Shown here in pieces: positions 46,925-57,240 of a stretch of DNA of 64,000 nucleotides. The translations under genes and the position numbers were made by a program. Source of the stretch: an uncultured Planctomycetaceae bacterium (GTDB lineage: Bacteria; Planctomycetota; Planctomycetia; Planctomycetales; Planctomycetaceae). Within the stretch, counting starts at the first letter, position 1. Each line of letters begins with the position of its first letter. The notes beneath the pieces were generated by a model. The model was not told the origin of the DNA and ran no database searches. It worked only from the letters and a program-made list of their open reading frames with translations. The stretch spans positions 124,001 through 188,000 of the forward strand of contig CAXBME010000011.1 of the NCBI GenBank assembly GCA_963976765.1, in the 5' to 3' direction.

Positions 46925-48387
46925 GCGGTGGCCCCCGCAACTTCACAGCCAGCATTCTTGTTAACTGGCGACAACGTGGAACCTGCACCACACGTTTGAT
47001 CCAGTAACTCCGCCAGTTGTCGCGTCAGTGATCGCCGCTCAAAACGCGTGGCCGATGCTGTCTTTACCGGCGCCGCGTCGTTCGCCAGATCGTCAAGTTG
47101 ACGACTCAGGTAGTCAGCAATCCTGTCTGCATCTTTCGGCAGGAATGATTCTGCCTGAGGAAAACCGGAAAGGATCTCGCCGACTTCCCCGTCAGGACCG
47201 ACGTAAAGAATCTTTCGTCCCAGCGCGAGATACTCGAACGTTTTCGCCGGCACAACACGCCCCGCTTCCGGCACATCGGACAGCAGCAGACATTGAACGT
47301 CCGCCTGATTCATGATCTCGATGGCGCGGCGGTGCTCGACGTAGCCTTCGCGAATCAGCCGGCAGGGCAAAGACTCAAGGCGGTCAAGAATCTCATCCTG
47401 CGCACCCGTGCGTCGTCCAGCAACAACGAGTTCGATCCGCTGCGTCTTGTGACTGTCTTCGGCTGCCAGTTTCTCAATCGCGGAAACAATCGGTTCAATC
47501 GAGGTTAGATTCCAGAGCGTTCCGACGTAAGCAATTCGCAGCATTCGATTACTCGAAGGCGTCGCTTCTTCCGACAGAGGAACGCACGCTTTGAGGCCGT
47601 TGGAAGAGTCTGAAATTGAGACGCTCTCCACCCTGGAAAAGTCGGCAGCATCGTACCCGTTGTAAATGCAGGAAACGGTCGCAGAACTGCCAGCTCGCTC
47701 AACGGATTCGCGAACAGACTCAGCACTTCGTTCCGTCGTCGCAATGACGGCAGAAGCCTGTCGCAACACGCGGCGCTGCATACGATCCTGCAGCCAGTGA
47801 GAGAAGCTCGACTTCTGTCGGTTCTCCTGAAAGCGATTGCTGATCCCCCACTCGTCCCGATAATCGACGACCAAAGGCAGCCCGCTCCGCCGACTGAGCG
47901 CCGCGCCGGTAACAAACGATGAAAACGGCGGCGCTGTCACAAAGATGGCGTCATGCTTCAGGTCGCTCAGCAGTTGCAGACCTTCCTTGACGGCACCGGG
48001 GTACCACAGGATTTGCGCGTCCGGTTGAAGAACGGCGTTTCCAGCAGTTCGCACAGCCGATTTGATCAGCTTCTTAAATCCGCCGGATTGTTTTGTTGAA
48101 GTCGCACCAGCGCTTCCGGCGGAAACGGCATTCTTCAGCGCGTATCCCGGTTCCAGCGTTTTCGCCAGGCGGACGACCGTTGACTCGGGGACGTCCTTTG
48201 CCAGCGTCTCGTCAAACACCGGCACCGACGGATTGGCCACCGTAAGTACCGAGCAATCCCAACCGAACTCTGGCAGGTATTTCACAAACTTCGTGACACG
48301 CTGCACGCCCGCGCCACCGGCAGGCGGAAAAACATACGCAACAACCAGCACGCGGCGGATGGGCGTTCCATCAGGCAGAACGTTCAT
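46921..48387 (-). CDS. Glycosyltransferase family 4-like (GT-B)
   Basis: AYVFPPAGGAGVQR, TAPPFS, DYRDEW, YNGYD and PAKTFEYL. Confidence 0.88.
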   Translation of the reverse strand: MNVLPDGTPIRRVLVVAYVFPPAGGAGVQRVTKFVKYLPEFGWDCSVLTVANPSVPVFDETLAKDVPESTVVRLAKTLEPGYALKNAVSAGSAGATSTKQSGGFKKLIKSAVRTAGNAVLQPDAQILWYPGAVKEGLQLLSDLKHDAIFVTAPPFSSFVTGAALSRRSGLPLVVDYRDEWGISNRFQENRQKSSFSHWLQDRMQRRVLRQASAVIATTERSAESVRESVERAGSSATVSCIYNGYDAADFSRVESVSISDSSNGLKACVPLSEEATPSSNRMLRIAYVGTLWNLTSIEPIVSAIEKLAAEDSHKTQRIELVVAGRRTGAQDEILDRLESLPCRLIREGYVEHRRAIEIMNQADVQCLLLSDVPEAGRVVPAKTFEYLALGRKILYVGPDGEVGEILSGFPQAESFLPKDADRIADYLSRQLDDLANDAAPVKTASATRFERRSLTRQLAELLDQTCGAGSTLSPVNKNAGCEVAGATA

Positions 48388-49637
48388 ACCAATGCCCCCC
48401 TCTCCGCAACCGAAAGTTCCGAATCGGCGATTTTCAGCAAGGTATCGTCAACGTTGTTTCCAGACAGTATCCCCACCAGCCTGGTCGCTGTGTCATGCCA
48501 GGTTTTCGGGCGGTACGCAGCCGCTCCGTTTTTATAAATCGGTTCCAGACTCTGAAGAATTCCCTCAGCCACAGCCTGGGCATCTCCCACAGGAACGATG
48601 ATGGAGTGATCAGCGGCCGCGATTTCCTGAACACTGCCGACGTTAGTTGAGACCCACGGCGTGCCACACGCGAGTGACTCTCTCAGAACGTTTGGCAACC
48701 CTTCGGACTCGCTGGACAGCAGCGTTGCATCAGCCGCTCGATACCAGTCAGGAAGCTCGCTCTGCTGAACAGCTCCGACGAAAATCACAGACTCGGTCAG
48801 TCGTCGATTCTCAACCAACTGGCGAATCGGCTGTTTGGACGCACCTTCTCCAAGAAGATACAGCTTCGCTTCCGGTCGCTGCTTCACAACCAGTTCGAAC
48901 GCTTTCACCAGCACATCCAGACGTTTGACCCCCACCATTCGACCAACCCAGATAAACGCTGGCTCTGCTGGTGAAAGATTGAGCCGGGCACGAGCCGCCG
49001 ATCGGTCGTCCTTACAGAACACTTTCGGGTCGATGCCCTGATAGAGCCTGTGGACACGGTCAGGTGACGCGCCGAGTTCGATGGCTCGATGTTTCAGCCC
49101 TTCGCAAACGGCAAGCACGGCATCGCTTTCTCGAAGAACCCGCTTGATCTGATCACAGCGTTTTGCATTCCGGGTCAGCAGCAGGACGTCAGATCCGCCA
49201 ACAATGACAGCCGACTTCGCTCCCAACATACGAGCAGCACGCAGTCCCGCATCACCATCCGGGTGCGCCCAGTAGCTGATGACCCAATCGGGACGAAAAT
49301 CGGCAGTCACTCGCTCAACAGACTTCCGCACTGACGACCACATGAACTGCCCGTATCGATGTCGCATGATTTTCGGTGGGTACAGAAAGACGGGCCGTTC
49401 GACAGCAACCTTATCACCATCAACTGGGGCGACGGCCTGGTTGCGCTGCAGTCTGCGTTTCTCAGGTCTCCTGGCCAGCCGCTTCGCCATTCCCAGGACA
49501 ACCTCGGGCCACGGCAACGGCGCGACCACACGCACTTCACCCGTTTCATTCAGCGCGTGACAGAACATTCGGTTGAATGTTCCGCGCACCGGGGATGACG
49601 GATTCGGATAGACCGAGCTAAGGAATAATGTCTTCAT
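48384..49637 (-). CDS. Glycosyltransferase family 4 (TuaC-like)
   Basis: WAHPDG, GGSDV, WVGRMVGVK and SESEGLPNVLRE. Confidence 0.9.
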   Translation of the reverse strand: MKTLFLSSVYPNPSSPVRGTFNRMFCHALNETGEVRVVAPLPWPEVVLGMAKRLARRPEKRRLQRNQAVAPVDGDKVAVERPVFLYPPKIMRHRYGQFMWSSVRKSVERVTADFRPDWVISYWAHPDGDAGLRAARMLGAKSAVIVGGSDVLLLTRNAKRCDQIKRVLRESDAVLAVCEGLKHRAIELGASPDRVHRLYQGIDPKVFCKDDRSAARARLNLSPAEPAFIWVGRMVGVKRLDVLVKAFELVVKQRPEAKLYLLGEGASKQPIRQLVENRRLTESVIFVGAVQQSELPDWYRAADATLLSSESEGLPNVLRESLACGTPWVSTNVGSVQEIAAADHSIIVPVGDAQAVAEGILQSLEPIYKNGAAAYRPKTWHDTATRLVGILSGNNVDDTLLKIADSELSVAERGALV

Positions 49638-49647
49638 TTAAAAATCC

Positions 49648-50646
49648 TTAGACACCCGAAGCGATTGTTCGTTCAAAGGCTTCATCGAAAGTTATTGACG
49701 GGTGCCAGCCAAGCTGCTGCTTTGCCCGCTCGTTTGAATACCGAAGCGGCTTCCACATCGCCTGAACCCGGTATCGAGTCAGTACGGCAGGAACCTGCTG
49801 CTCCGTTTTTGAGCTGTACCATTCGTTGAATCGAGCCAGCCAGTTCGTGGCGAACTGTGGAACACCAATGACTCGAAGTTTTCGGCCAGCCTTGCGATAC
49901 CGACAAATGACCTGTCGGCCCGTCGGCAAGTCGTCGTCAACGATGTTGAATATCTGGCCGTCAATTCCGGAATTGAACCCCGCCAGCGCGACGGCTTCTG
50001 CGCAGTTCTCGACGTAAGTAAACGGGACTTGTTGCCGACCGCCCATCCGCAGCAGCAGCCCACCAAGCTGCAAGCCAACGCGGTGACTGAGAGCACCTCG
50101 CTCGTCGCCGAAGATGACTCCCGGTCGGACAACGACCAGCGGCAGGTTCCTCTCAAGGGAGATCTTCCACGCGACTTCTTCCTGGAGAATCTTGCTGTAC
50201 GTATAGGGGTCTCGCAGGTGGCCAGCGGAATCAACAGGGCATTGCTCATCAAGTGTTGCATGGCCTGGCAGTTGTTGCGCCCCGTAAATCCCCAGCGAGC
50301 TGACCAGGACGAAACGGGCGACTCTTTCTTCAGCGGCGGCTGCCATCAGGCTTCGCGTGGGGACGACCGAATTCATTACCAGATTACTGGCCGAACCACT
50401 GAGCGAAGCCGCCGCGTGAAAAACGACAGAACAATCCCTAACCAGTTCGCGGCATTGCTCCACGTTTGAAAGTTGAACATTGACCGTTTCGGTACAGCTC
50501 CAACGACGAGCCCCCACAAATTGACGCAACGATTGAACGTCGCTTCCCGGCCGAACGGCGCATCGCACTGCGCATCCTTCGTCAACGAGTTCGCGCAGGA
50601 CTCGACGTCCCAGGAATCCCGTTGCTCCGGTAAGTAAGACCTGCAT
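49648..50646 (-). CDS. NAD-dependent epimerase/dehydratase
   Basis: VLLTGATGFLG, YTYSK (YxxxK), VRPGVIFG and TYVENCA. Confidence 0.9.
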   Translation of the reverse strand: MQVLLTGATGFLGRRVLRELVDEGCAVRCAVRPGSDVQSLRQFVGARRWSCTETVNVQLSNVEQCRELVRDCSVVFHAAASLSGSASNLVMNSVVPTRSLMAAAAEERVARFVLVSSLGIYGAQQLPGHATLDEQCPVDSAGHLRDPYTYSKILQEEVAWKISLERNLPLVVVRPGVIFGDERGALSHRVGLQLGGLLLRMGGRQQVPFTYVENCAEAVALAGFNSGIDGQIFNIVDDDLPTGRQVICRYRKAGRKLRVIGVPQFATNWLARFNEWYSSKTEQQVPAVLTRYRVQAMWKPLRYSNERAKQQLGWHPSITFDEAFERTIASGV

Positions 50647-50718
50647 GGCTGCTTTACCCGTTTCGCTCGTTATCTCACACATTCAAACGCCCGAGATTCA
50701 GGAATCGATTCTCTCGGT

Positions 50719-51900
50719 TCAACTTCTCTGCGAACTGCTTCCGATTGATTGCTCGGCCATTGACTCTGCCTTTGAGCCTTCCAACTCGTCCGTCTGCGAG
50801 CTTCGGCGAAGACGTTTCGCCCCGGCCCGATCAGCATCGCTTCGACGGCACTCTTCAAAAATGCGATCCATGATCTGAGTCACCCGGATCATTTCGTCAT
50901 AGCTGATCGGCCCCTCTGAACCGTCGCGAACAGCTTCGTAGAACAACTGAAAAGTTCGCTTCATCCCTTCGAAATAATGCAGCTCACCTTTCCAGAAACT
51001 GCACAGGTTTCGCGACAGATTCGCCACTGATTCGCGTACTTGCCGCCAAGGCTCTTCGATCTTTGCGAAAGCTCCCGGATAACGGTTTCTCTTATCGGCT
51101 CGGATAAGTTGAGAATCCAGGTCAACTTCCAGGCCGCCTTTTGTTCCATAGACCCGAGTCAGCCGATGACACGGCTTCGTCGAACTTGTGAAGAGCAGGC
51201 TGCCGGTCACCTGTTCGCCACGAAGATGCGCACGCAACTCGGTCGGAAAGGGGATCTGCTTAAAGCGGCTGAACCACGAAGCCTGAAGTTCCGGCTCGGG
51301 GTCTGTGAGAAATTCCGTGATGCGATACAGAGGGTGAGAAATCGTGTTCTGAAACAACCCGCCGGGCAAGCGGCGCACCCAGTGATTCGGATTCGCGATG
51401 ACTTGCGTGCCGAATGGGCCATGCAGCGGATACCCCAGGACCGACTCGACGTGCTGAACATCGCCGACCTCACCAGCATCGATCCTCTTGCAACACTCCA
51501 GCCAGGCAGGGTCGAAGAGTTGATCATGCCCCAGGCACACGAGCCGATCGTTGCGTCGCGCACAGTCAAGAACGTCTTGAGCTTCTGCCACGCTTACCGA
51601 GAACGGTTTCTCGACATACACATGCACTCCTGCTTCCAGCAACTGCATCGCCAGCAGTCGGTGTGACTCCACCGGCGTCGTGATATGGACGACATCAGGC
51701 CGGGACTGCTCAATCATCTGTTCAAGACTGGTGAACTGTCCCGGAATATCGAACCGTTCGGCAGCCTGTCGCGCCAGCAACGGCTCAAGATCGCAAACCG
51801 CGACGGGTTCCGCCCACGGAATACGACGAATCTGCTGCAGATGCGCATCTGCGATCTGCCCGCAGCCGACGAGTCCAACTTTTATCCCTTTTTCGTTCAT
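50719..51900 (-). CDS. Gfo/Idh/MocA family oxidoreductase
   Basis: VGCGQIA, DVVHITTP and HVYVEKP. Confidence 0.9.
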   Translation of the reverse strand: MNEKGIKVGLVGCGQIADAHLQQIRRIPWAEPVAVCDLEPLLARQAAERFDIPGQFTSLEQMIEQSRPDVVHITTPVESHRLLAMQLLEAGVHVYVEKPFSVSVAEAQDVLDCARRNDRLVCLGHDQLFDPAWLECCKRIDAGEVGDVQHVESVLGYPLHGPFGTQVIANPNHWVRRLPGGLFQNTISHPLYRITEFLTDPEPELQASWFSRFKQIPFPTELRAHLRGEQVTGSLLFTSSTKPCHRLTRVYGTKGGLEVDLDSQLIRADKRNRYPGAFAKIEEPWRQVRESVANLSRNLCSFWKGELHYFEGMKRTFQLFYEAVRDGSEGPISYDEMIRVTQIMDRIFEECRRSDADRAGAKRLRRSSQTDELEGSKAESMAEQSIGSSSQRS

Positions 51901-51920
51901 GGCATCAGTTCATGGCATCA
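51895..51920. repeat. Perfect 13-bp tandem duplication over the oxidoreductase start codon
   Basis: GTTCATGGCATCA occurs at 51895-51907 and again at 51908-51920. Confidence 0.85.
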
Positions 51921-51958
51921 GTTGTCGAATCACCAGTTCGGCCAGAGCCCGGCCTGAT

Positions 51959-53131
51959 TCATTTGCGGTCGCTGCGTTCAGCAAGCAGTTCGCGATACAG
52001 GTCTTCGTACTGCCTGACCATGTTTCGCACGTTGAAATGCTGCTCAATACGTTGCCGGGCCAGCTCTCCGTACACAGGCCAGCCTTCCTGATCCTTTAAG
52101 AGATCTCGCATCGCCAGGGCCAGCTCTTCAGGACTCTGAGGCGAAACCAGTCGTCCGGTTTTGCCTTCAACAACAATTTCCGGATTGCCGCCAACACGAG
52201 TCGTGACCACCGGCAAACCGACGGCCATCGCTTCCAGCACCGTCAGGGAGATTCCTTCGGTCTTTGACGACGAAACGAAAAAACCAGCCTGAGGAAGAAG
52301 TTGAGAAACATCGCTTCGTTCGCCGAGAAACTCGACATGCCCGGTCAGGTTCAGCTCTTCAGCTAACTGCTCGAGTTTCTGCCGTTCGGCACCGTCACCA
52401 ACAATCTTCAAGCGGAAGTCGGGACGATCTTTGATGAGAATCCAGGTTGCTCGAAGCAGCGTCGGGAAGTCCTTTTCAGGCGAAAGTCTCGCCACACTGA
52501 TTGCCACTGGCTGAGTTGACGGACCACGATATTCAAACCGGCCAGGATCAACCCCGTTCCACATGGCGATTGTTCGGTCGGCTGAACGGACATCATCCCG
52601 ACGGCAAAGTTCGGCGGCATCTTCGGAAACGCCGACAACTCGATCGGTCAACCGATTTGCCATTCTAAACTGCAGTCTTGCCTTCCAGCTTTTCCCGCAG
52701 CCGCGACCATGCTGCGTGTTCAATACGACCGGAACACCTGCGAGTCGTGCCGCAAAGGCTCCATAGAAGTGAGCGAGTGTGTTGTGCGTATGGACGACGT
52801 CGAACTGACCATCGCGAAAAATTCTGGTGAGACGTCGGAGTCGAGCGAGCTTGCCAGTAGCGGCCTCGGCAACACACTCAACATGATGCCCCTGCCCTCG
52901 CAATTCATCAGCGGGAATGCCCATACCTTCGAGGGCGACGAAGCTTGTCTCGAACAGTTCTCCGTCCCGGTTCTGGCCGAACTCAACAAGCAGCCGTTCA
53001 AGCCCACCAGTCTGCAGACACATACTGACGTGACAAACACGCAGTTTTCTTTTGAGATCACGACGCGTCTGAAGAGGGATGTCAATCCTCGCGCCGGTCA
53101 AGTTCGATTTGATTGTGCCGGTAGATGTCAT
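51959..53131 (-). CDS. Glycosyltransferase family 4
   Basis: GGLERLL, DVVHTHN, VARLSPEKD and SKTEGISLTVLEAMA. Confidence 0.92.
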   Translation of the reverse strand: MTSTGTIKSNLTGARIDIPLQTRRDLKRKLRVCHVSMCLQTGGLERLLVEFGQNRDGELFETSFVALEGMGIPADELRGQGHHVECVAEAATGKLARLRRLTRIFRDGQFDVVHTHNTLAHFYGAFAARLAGVPVVLNTQHGRGCGKSWKARLQFRMANRLTDRVVGVSEDAAELCRRDDVRSADRTIAMWNGVDPGRFEYRGPSTQPVAISVARLSPEKDFPTLLRATWILIKDRPDFRLKIVGDGAERQKLEQLAEELNLTGHVEFLGERSDVSQLLPQAGFFVSSSKTEGISLTVLEAMAVGLPVVTTRVGGNPEIVVEGKTGRLVSPQSPEELALAMRDLLKDQEGWPVYGELARQRIEQHFNVRNMVRQYEDLYRELLAERSDRK

Positions 53132-53500
53132 GTCACATCGTTTCGTTTGAGGCGATCAGTCACGTCAGAATGATTTTCAGAATGACTGCACGAAGACTCT
53201 CGAACAGGCGCAGAGCCTCGTCCTCAACAATCTAGGTCGCTTTCAAACTGGCGGGCCTGATTCGCGGAGAATTTGCTCCGATTCCCGCACCACCTACGGC
53301 GTTTCAGACGCACTACCAGACATTGCGCCACTTCTGCGGAAAGTATCGGCTGTCCCGGTTGCCGCGGTCAGCCTCGTCGCGCAGCCGTGATCTCAAGGAA
53401 GCGGAAGACGTATGGTTCAGCATTTGCTTCTACGAAAAGGCGTCGTCTCAGCCCCTGTGCAGCAACGCGAGATGATTCGATCACAACCACTGAGTAAACT

Positions 53501-54217
53501 TCACGACCGTCGCGGCAGACCACCGCCGTCAGACAAGGCACCGGCAAGCAGCTCAGCCGGAACCGGCCATCGAGCACGGAGAACGCCCTTGTCACGATGA
53601 TACAATCCCACCATGTGCGCGGCTTCAGCTGCGGACCGTGCATTCAACTTGTCAAGAATTGACGCACGGCGACGCTCCAGCGTTCGTTCGCTGACCCCCA
53701 GTGCGCTGGCGATCGCGCGATTCGGACTCCCCTGAATCAGATAATCGAGTACCACTCTTTCTGAGTCTGAAAGCTGCTCAAGTCCGACTTCCATCGCAGG
53801 TTGCTGACCAATAACGCTGACCGCTTCGCTGGCCAGTCTCAAACACATCAGAATCGCCTGGGCAAGCTCGTGCTTCTCGCAATCCTTATTAAGAAAGGTC
53901 ACCGCGCCTTCCTGTATCGCGCGTAACGCGAGTTTTGGATCAGCTGTGCCGCTGATCGCGATCCCTGGTATCAGAAATTTTGGATCAGAATATTCGCGCA
54001 GCAGACTGAAACCACTTCGCCTCGTAAGGAACAAATCGACAACCAGACACCCTGGTCCGTCGGGTTTGAATCTGTCGGCAAATTCCTCAGCCGATTCGTA
54101 CGCAACACAAGTCAGTTCTAACGACGAAGCGAGCAGTTGCACTGCCTCGCGAACAAAAAGTTCATCGTCGACAACGTGAACACAGCCCGTACTCCGAGCT
54201 GGCGATTTGTTTTCCAT
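53501..54217 (-). CDS. FixJ/LuxR-family response regulator (divergent receiver)
   Basis: VVDDE, CLVVDL and HTH NRAIASALGVSERTLERRR. Confidence 0.88.
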   Translation of the reverse strand: MENKSPARSTGCVHVVDDELFVREAVQLLASSLELTCVAYESAEEFADRFKPDGPGCLVVDLFLTRRSGFSLLREYSDPKFLIPGIAISGTADPKLALRAIQEGAVTFLNKDCEKHELAQAILMCLRLASEAVSVIGQQPAMEVGLEQLSDSERVVLDYLIQGSPNRAIASALGVSERTLERRRASILDKLNARSAAEAAHMVGLYHRDKGVLRARWPVPAELLAGALSDGGGLPRRS

Positions 54218-54787
54218 AATTTGGCTCGAAGCTCTCTACAACATACTTACTGTCAGAATCGTGCACGAAACTTGGCACCCACCACCAGTGTACATCGCCG
54301 ACCTATATACTCGCGTGACAACCCAAACTCAATCGCCGCGTCCAGGAAACGATTACTGAGCAGCAACAGAGCAGACGCCAGTGGCAGATTCTGAATCCTA
54401 CAGACCCGAGAATTATCGACGTTGAATTCCGGGCTCGCCATAGAACGATACCGGTTAACCTCAGCCCTGAAATTGACGTCTGACAATGCGCTGGATGAAA
54501 AGCCATTATTCGTAGCCCGGCGTCACCTTACCGCCTAGGAATTCGACCGAAGAATGTTCTCCTTCTGATCGAGCTTGGTACCTCTTGGATAGTCTCAGAA
54601 CCCCGTTGAAAAGGCACCTGTTTAACGCGACGGATTCCCGAACCCCACCTGCGGATTTCCACACACTGAATTCGACACGCCGTAACTTCACACCTTGCTG
54701 ATTTTGATGCTCTGATCGAGATGCAACATAAACAGCGGGAGCGGCCTGTTCAGCAGGGATCAGGAAAAGCGGGCGATTCGTCCCGGT

Positions 54788-55447
54788 TCAACTCGTTCCC
54801 GGGCTGCCATCATCTACGACTTCACCTTCGTTTGCCTGTTCCCAGCCAGCTTCGATGGCCAGACGAACGACTTCTGCGACCGAGTTGGTTTCGGTCTTGC
54901 GGAAAATTTCCCTCCGACGATTCTCGACCGTCCGCTCGCTGACACTCAATTCGACTGCCATCTGCTTGTTGGGGCGTCCCTGAAGAATCAGGTCCAGCAC
55001 ACTGGCTTCCTTCGCTGTCAATCGCCCAAGCCGCTCGCGTAGCTCTCTGACCCGCCTGCTTCGCTGGCGATGAGTCGCATCTCGAGTCAAAGCACAGCGG
55101 ACGGCATCCCACAGGTCGTTGTCCTGGTAGGGCTTGTCGAGCAGTGTCACCGCACCATTCTTCATAGCTTGAACAGTCAATGTCGTCGACGCGTAGGCGG
55201 TAAGCACAATCACGGGAATCTTAATGGAATTACGAAGAAGCACTTCCTGCAATTCGACGCCGCTTCGTCCTGGCATGCGGACATCAGTAATCACACATCC
55301 TGGACAGGATCGATCAAACCCATTCAGAAAGTCTTCTGCCGATTCAAATGCCATGGCACGAATCCCCATCGACCGAACGAGCAGGCAGACCGATTCCCGC
55401 GCGGGTCCGTCATCATCAATCACGAAAACAGTTGGCTGATCGGACAT
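54788..55447 (-). CDS. FixJ-family response regulator
   Basis: VIDDD, DVRMPGRSG, LDKP and HTH NKQMAVELSVSERTVENRR. Confidence 0.92.
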   Translation of the reverse strand: MSDQPTVFVIDDDGPARESVCLLVRSMGIRAMAFESAEDFLNGFDRSCPGCVITDVRMPGRSGVELQEVLLRNSIKIPVIVLTAYASTTLTVQAMKNGAVTLLDKPYQDNDLWDAVRCALTRDATHRQRSRRVRELRERLGRLTAKEASVLDLILQGRPNKQMAVELSVSERTVENRRREIFRKTETNSVAEVVRLAIEAGWEQANEGEVVDDGSPGTS

Positions 55448-55449
55448 AG

Positions 55450-57240
55450 TCAAGCTTCCTGAATAACGGCATTCCCGGCCACGTCGGGAATTCGTTCGAC
55501 CGCGCTGGCAGCATTGATATCAACAAAACGTTGTGCAACATCGTGTAGAGGCAACTCCACAAGGAAGGCGGTTCCGCTGCCCTCACGCTGCTCTACCCGG
55601 ATGAGGCCATTATGGCCTTCCACAATTGTACGGCTGATCGCCAAACCCATTCCCATGCCTTCTTTGCGAGTCGTTACAAACGCATCGAAGATCGTTTCGA
55701 ACAACTCTTCCGGTACTCCCGGCCCGGAATCAACGATCGAGACTCTGGCCGCAGCCTCGACAACGCTACAGGCAGCCACCACTTCGCGAACATCGCACTC
55801 CGCGGCAGCGATGGATTCAAAAGCATTTTTCAAGAGATTCACCAGGATCTGCTGAATCTGCACGCGATCAACCCGAACGACAACGCACTCTTTCGCCGGC
55901 TGCACCACAACTGTTACCTGATGACGGTGGCCTTCGAACGCGACCAGTCGAACGGCTTCTTCAATCAGCAGATTCATGTCACAGACTTCACGCTCCGTCT
56001 CACCATGCCGGACGAAATCTCTCATTCGCCGTATCATCTCTCCTGCCCGCGATGAGGCATCGCTGATCTGATCAGCACACTGAATCATCAATTCGCGATT
56101 TGACTGATTCTCATCCGCCAGAACGTTCTGCAGTGCCTTCGCACAATTTTTAATGGAATACAACGGTTGGTTAACTTCGTGAGCAATTCCGGCGACAAGT
56201 TCGCCCATTGTCGACAATCGCGACACATGAGCCAGCAGGCTTTGCTGCTCGCGGAACTGCTCTTCAGCCTCGCGTTCTGCCGTGATATCGCGACCGATAC
56301 TTTGAATTTCGATCAGCATTCCACTGTCATCAAAAATGCCATGCTCAGTCCAAAGTTGAAAATGCCGACGACCGTCAGCCATAACAAACTTTGACTCACC
56401 GGAGACAACAGGCTGATCGACCGTCACGCTCGATGCCCATTGCCTCAGCTCATCACGACGTTGATCCGGAACAACGGAGAGAAAATCAATCCCCAGAGCT
56501 TCATCAAGCGAGCACGCCTGATTCGCGAACAGCAGAGTTCCATCAGTCTTCCAGCGAACAATCAGGTCGGGCTGTTCGTTGACAATCGCGAGGTAACGCG
56601 ACTCGCTTGCCTGTTGAGCCTCGGCTGCTTTGCGTTGGGATGTGACGTCGAGCAGCGTGCCCACATAAGCAACCAGTTTGCCGTCGGCCCCCTTGACCGG
56701 CACCGCAATTCCTTCCACCCAACGAACCGTTCCATCGGGATGAACATACCGATTGCAGACCTCGTATGGTTCCTGCCTTGAAACAGACTCCGAAATCCGC
56801 TTCACAACGCGTTCCCGATCCTCGGGATGAATGGCTTTGTGCCAGCCATCACGCTGCGATTGTTTCATCGAGAGGCCGGTAATCTCGAGGCTCTTGGGAT
56901 TGTGATAGGCACCGTTTCCAGCGCCATCGTCGACAAAAATACCAACCGGCGCATGATCGCAAAGCGTGCGAAACCGTTCCTCGCTTGCCGCAAGTGCCAT
57001 CACCGCCTTCTCTTTATCCAGAAGCGCCTGTTGCAACTCTTCGACATGTCGACGGCCCGCCACAATTTTCGACGCATAAAGCAACGAAAATACCACCAGG
57101 CCAACGATCGCGGCCAGCAGGCTCGTTAACAGAGTCTCTCTCCATACTGCGGACAGATCGGTGCTCAACAGCAGACTGGAGACAGCGACGAAAGTTCGAT
57201 CCAGAACGACACCCGGCAGCAACTCAGCGGCGATGTTCAT
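55450..57240 (-). CDS. PAS-PAS sensor histidine kinase (FixL/NtrB-like transmitter)
   Basis: TM segment; PAS IHPEDRE; H box AHEVNQPL; QQILVNLLKNA, DSGPG and GMGMGLAI. Confidence 0.92.
   Translation of the reverse strand: MNIAAELLPGVVLDRTFVAVSSLLLSTDLSAVWRETLLTSLLAAIVGLVVFSLLYASKIVAGRRHVEELQQALLDKEKAVMALAASEERFRTLCDHAPVGIFVDDGAGNGAYHNPKSLEITGLSMKQSQRDGWHKAIHPEDRERVVKRISESVSRQEPYEVCNRYVHPDGTVRWVEGIAVPVKGADGKLVAYVGTLLDVTSQRKAAEAQQASESRYLAIVNEQPDLIVRWKTDGTLLFANQACSLDEALGIDFLSVVPDQRRDELRQWASSVTVDQPVVSGESKFVMADGRRHFQLWTEHGIFDDSGMLIEIQSIGRDITAEREAEEQFREQQSLLAHVSRLSTMGELVAGIAHEVNQPLYSIKNCAKALQNVLADENQSNRELMIQCADQISDASSRAGEMIRRMRDFVRHGETEREVCDMNLLIEEAVRLVAFEGHRHQVTVVVQPAKECVVVRVDRVQIQQILVNLLKNAFESIAAAECDVREVVAACSVVEAAARVSIVDSGPGVPEELFETIFDAFVTTRKEGMGMGLAISRTIVEGHNGLIRVEQREGSGTAFLVELPLHDVAQRFVDINAASAVERIPDVAGNAVIQEA

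Noticed and set aside
54253..54942. Several 60-85 aa ORFs between the two response regulators
   Set aside because: They overlap each other in conflicting frames and have no motifs or convincing SD. The region is treated as non-coding.
55450..57240. Calling the kinase/regulator pair fixL/fixJ (oxygen sensing)
   Set aside because: The transmitter is FixL-like, but no heme-PAS signature is recognisable, so gene symbols are withheld.
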